IMG/VR virus record: IMGVR_UViG_3300009093_000035
Span: 1-64,000 of that record
Reading direction: 5' to 3' (one strand)
DNA: 64,000 nucleotides
Shown here: piece by piece, positions 62,477-64,000 of the stretch
Layout: every line of letters begins with the position of its first letter
Numbering within the stretch: position 1 is the stretch's first letter
The notes under the pieces: generated by a model
Told to the model about the DNA's origin: nothing
Seen by the model: only the letters and a program-made list of their open reading frames with translations
Database searches by the model: none
Made by a program: the position numbers and the translations under genes

Positions 62477-64000
62477 CTCGGACCCGCCGAGCTGTAGTTC
62501 AGAGTGGCGCTGTAGATCGAATCGTCGGCCGGAACCGACCCGTTCGAGGCCAGCACAACCAGCCAGTACGTGTGAGTGGTGAAGTCGAGGGTCTCGGGAG
62601 AACCTGGAGTGACCGACACGTTCTGTTCGGTCGTAGTACCGTTGTCGGTCGTGTTGGCCAGAGAAGTCGGAGCTGTACTGGTTCCGTCTCCCTTGTACAA
62701 GACGAACAACATCCGATCTCCAGCCGTGGGCCTCACAGCTCCAGGCTTCACTCTCACGGTGATGGAACTGAGCACATCCCCGTTCGAGAGGAACTGAGAG
62801 AGGTCCAGTTTCGCCAGCTGGTTGGAGCGAGTCGGAGAGTTCTTCGAGGTGATACCCGCTCCGATACCCGGGTAGTACCAAGGAGCCGAAGGGACCGCCA
62901 CGAGATCCGAAGTGATTCCTTCTGCCTGGAATCCTTGGGCCGAGATCTTCTTCGTTCGGACCGCCGGAGTCGTGTAGAGGAAGTTCCCTCCCACGACGTT
63001 GGCCGACGCCGACACGTTCACGCCCGCGGAGATATTCCCGGTCGGAGCCGAGATGTCGCCCAGCGTGATGACTCCGCCGAGGAGATCGACGCGGAAGACC
63101 TCGAAGGCCTTTCCGCTGAAAGGGGCTCCGATGCTGATCGTGTTCGAGGTGACTCGGATCGCAGCGGCGTTCGCTACGGAGGTCGGGTCCGGGGCCGAGA
63201 TGTGGAGACCGACCGAGGTGTCGATGTTCTGGACGCCCGCCACAATCGAAGGACGATGGCTGCTCAGGATGCCCAGGTAGTTGTAGTAGTCGTCCGCCCC
63301 GAAACCCACGTACGAGGCCGAGTAGAAGCGACACGTACCAGTGGTGGGCGCTACGAACACAGGCGCCGAACCATCCAGCCTAATCAGCTGGAAGTCGCCC
63401 TGGTTGGCTACCGCCCCGGGGTTGCTACAACCTACCAGACGATAGAGACCTCTGACGTCGGAGACCGGAACAGCGTTGTAGCTGAGGACCTCGACGAGCG
63501 TTCCACCGCTGAGGTCGACCTTACGGTGGGTGAACCCGGCTCCAGCGGCGATATGAAGGGTGTCGGTAGCCGACGCGGTGAAGTTGAAAGTGGCTGTCCC
63601 CGCCGTCCCCATCCCGTTCGAAACGAGAGAACTGTAGTCGTAGCTACGGGAAGGGGCACCGACTCCGATGTTCGTCGTCTCTATCAGGTGACCCATGCCG
63701 AACGCAGCGCCCCCGAGCGAGGGGCTCCGAACGACACGAGTGAGGAAGGGTCCTCGGAACAACTGGTCAGAAACCGGAGGCGTGAGATTCACCGAGGTGA
63801 GGCGACCGAAGGTATCGAAGGAGTTCGCCGAGACGGGGGTCTTCTCCGCCGACCGGTACCAGAACTCCAAACTCTCGGTAGATCCGCCCGCGTCGGGGCC
63901 ATCCTGTACGATCGCAGATCCAGCGAAGAGACGAAGCGTAGGCGGGGGACCTTCGCTCGTGATCCAAGTCCCACCTTGGGTGGCGAGGATGGGGGCGAAA
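62473..64000 (-). CDS. tail-associated protein (5' truncated by window)
   Basis: Frame open to the window end; S/T/G-rich beta-type sequence. Confidence 0.65.
   Translation of the reverse strand, partial: FAPILATQGGTWITSEGPPPTLRLFAGSAIVQDGPDAGGSTESLEFWYRSAEKTPVSANSFDTFGRLTSVNLTPPVSDQLFRGPFLTRVVRSPSLGGAAFGMGHLIETTNIGVGAPSRSYDYSSLVSNGMGTAGTATFNFTASATDTLHIAAGAGFTHRKVDLSGGTLVEVLSYNAVPVSDVRGLYRLVGCSNPGAVANQGDFQLIRLDGSAPVFVAPTTGTCRFYSASYVGFGADDYYNYLGILSSHRPSIVAGVQNIDTSVGLHISAPDPTSVANAAAIRVTSNTISIGAPFSGKAFEVFRVDLLGGVITLGDISAPTGNISAGVNVSASANVVGGNFLYTTPAVRTKKISAQGFQAEGITSDLVAVPSAPWYYPGIGAGITSKNSPTRSNQLAKLDLSQFLSNGDVLSSITVRVKPGAVRPTAGDRMLFVLYKGDGTSTAPTSLANTTDNGTTTEQNVSVTPGSPETLDFTTHTYWLVVLASNGSVPADDSIYSATLNYSSAGPS

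Noticed and set aside
1-64000. Stop-codon reassignment, suggested by the phage release factor
   Set aside because: Long genes are intact in code 11, and TAA, TAG and TGA all end genes at tight operon junctions.

Overview
The window looks like a 64-kb internal segment of a large, high-GC tailed phage (jumbo-type) using standard code 11. No capsid, terminase, rRNA, tRNA or CRISPR array is visible. It holds: (i) many small accessory genes (GNAT, GP88-like, CoaD, MmcB-like, MT-A70, Cx5R phosphatase, M23, AlkB, SLOG); (ii) a long cluster of modular tail-fibre/spike genes with an adjacent glycosyltransferase and methyltransferase; (iii) a replication module (family A polymerase, CHC2 primase Zn domain, DnaB-like, degenerate DnaC-like, SNF2, NDT-NUDIX, giant UvrD); (iv) large virion proteins, holin-like proteins and a papain-like protease. 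Lipoproteins with DAG/DGG-rich linkers hint at a myxobacterial host (inference). Two signals missed by the ORF track stand out. First, a domain-1-less, RF1-like release factor gene (4066-4753) is split by a textbook prfB-type +1 frameshift cassette (GGAGG-GGT-CTT-TGA-C) and has a non-canonical PPN specificity loop. Second, a 323-bp inversion (5877-6199, 4-bp AGCG/CGCT ends) restores two tandem SGNH-esterase tail genes in frame at both junctions when flipped. Two recurring upstream motifs (GCGTAA before accessory genes, YTAT before structural genes) suggest two promoter classes. All family calls come from motif recognition by eye; no database search was run.
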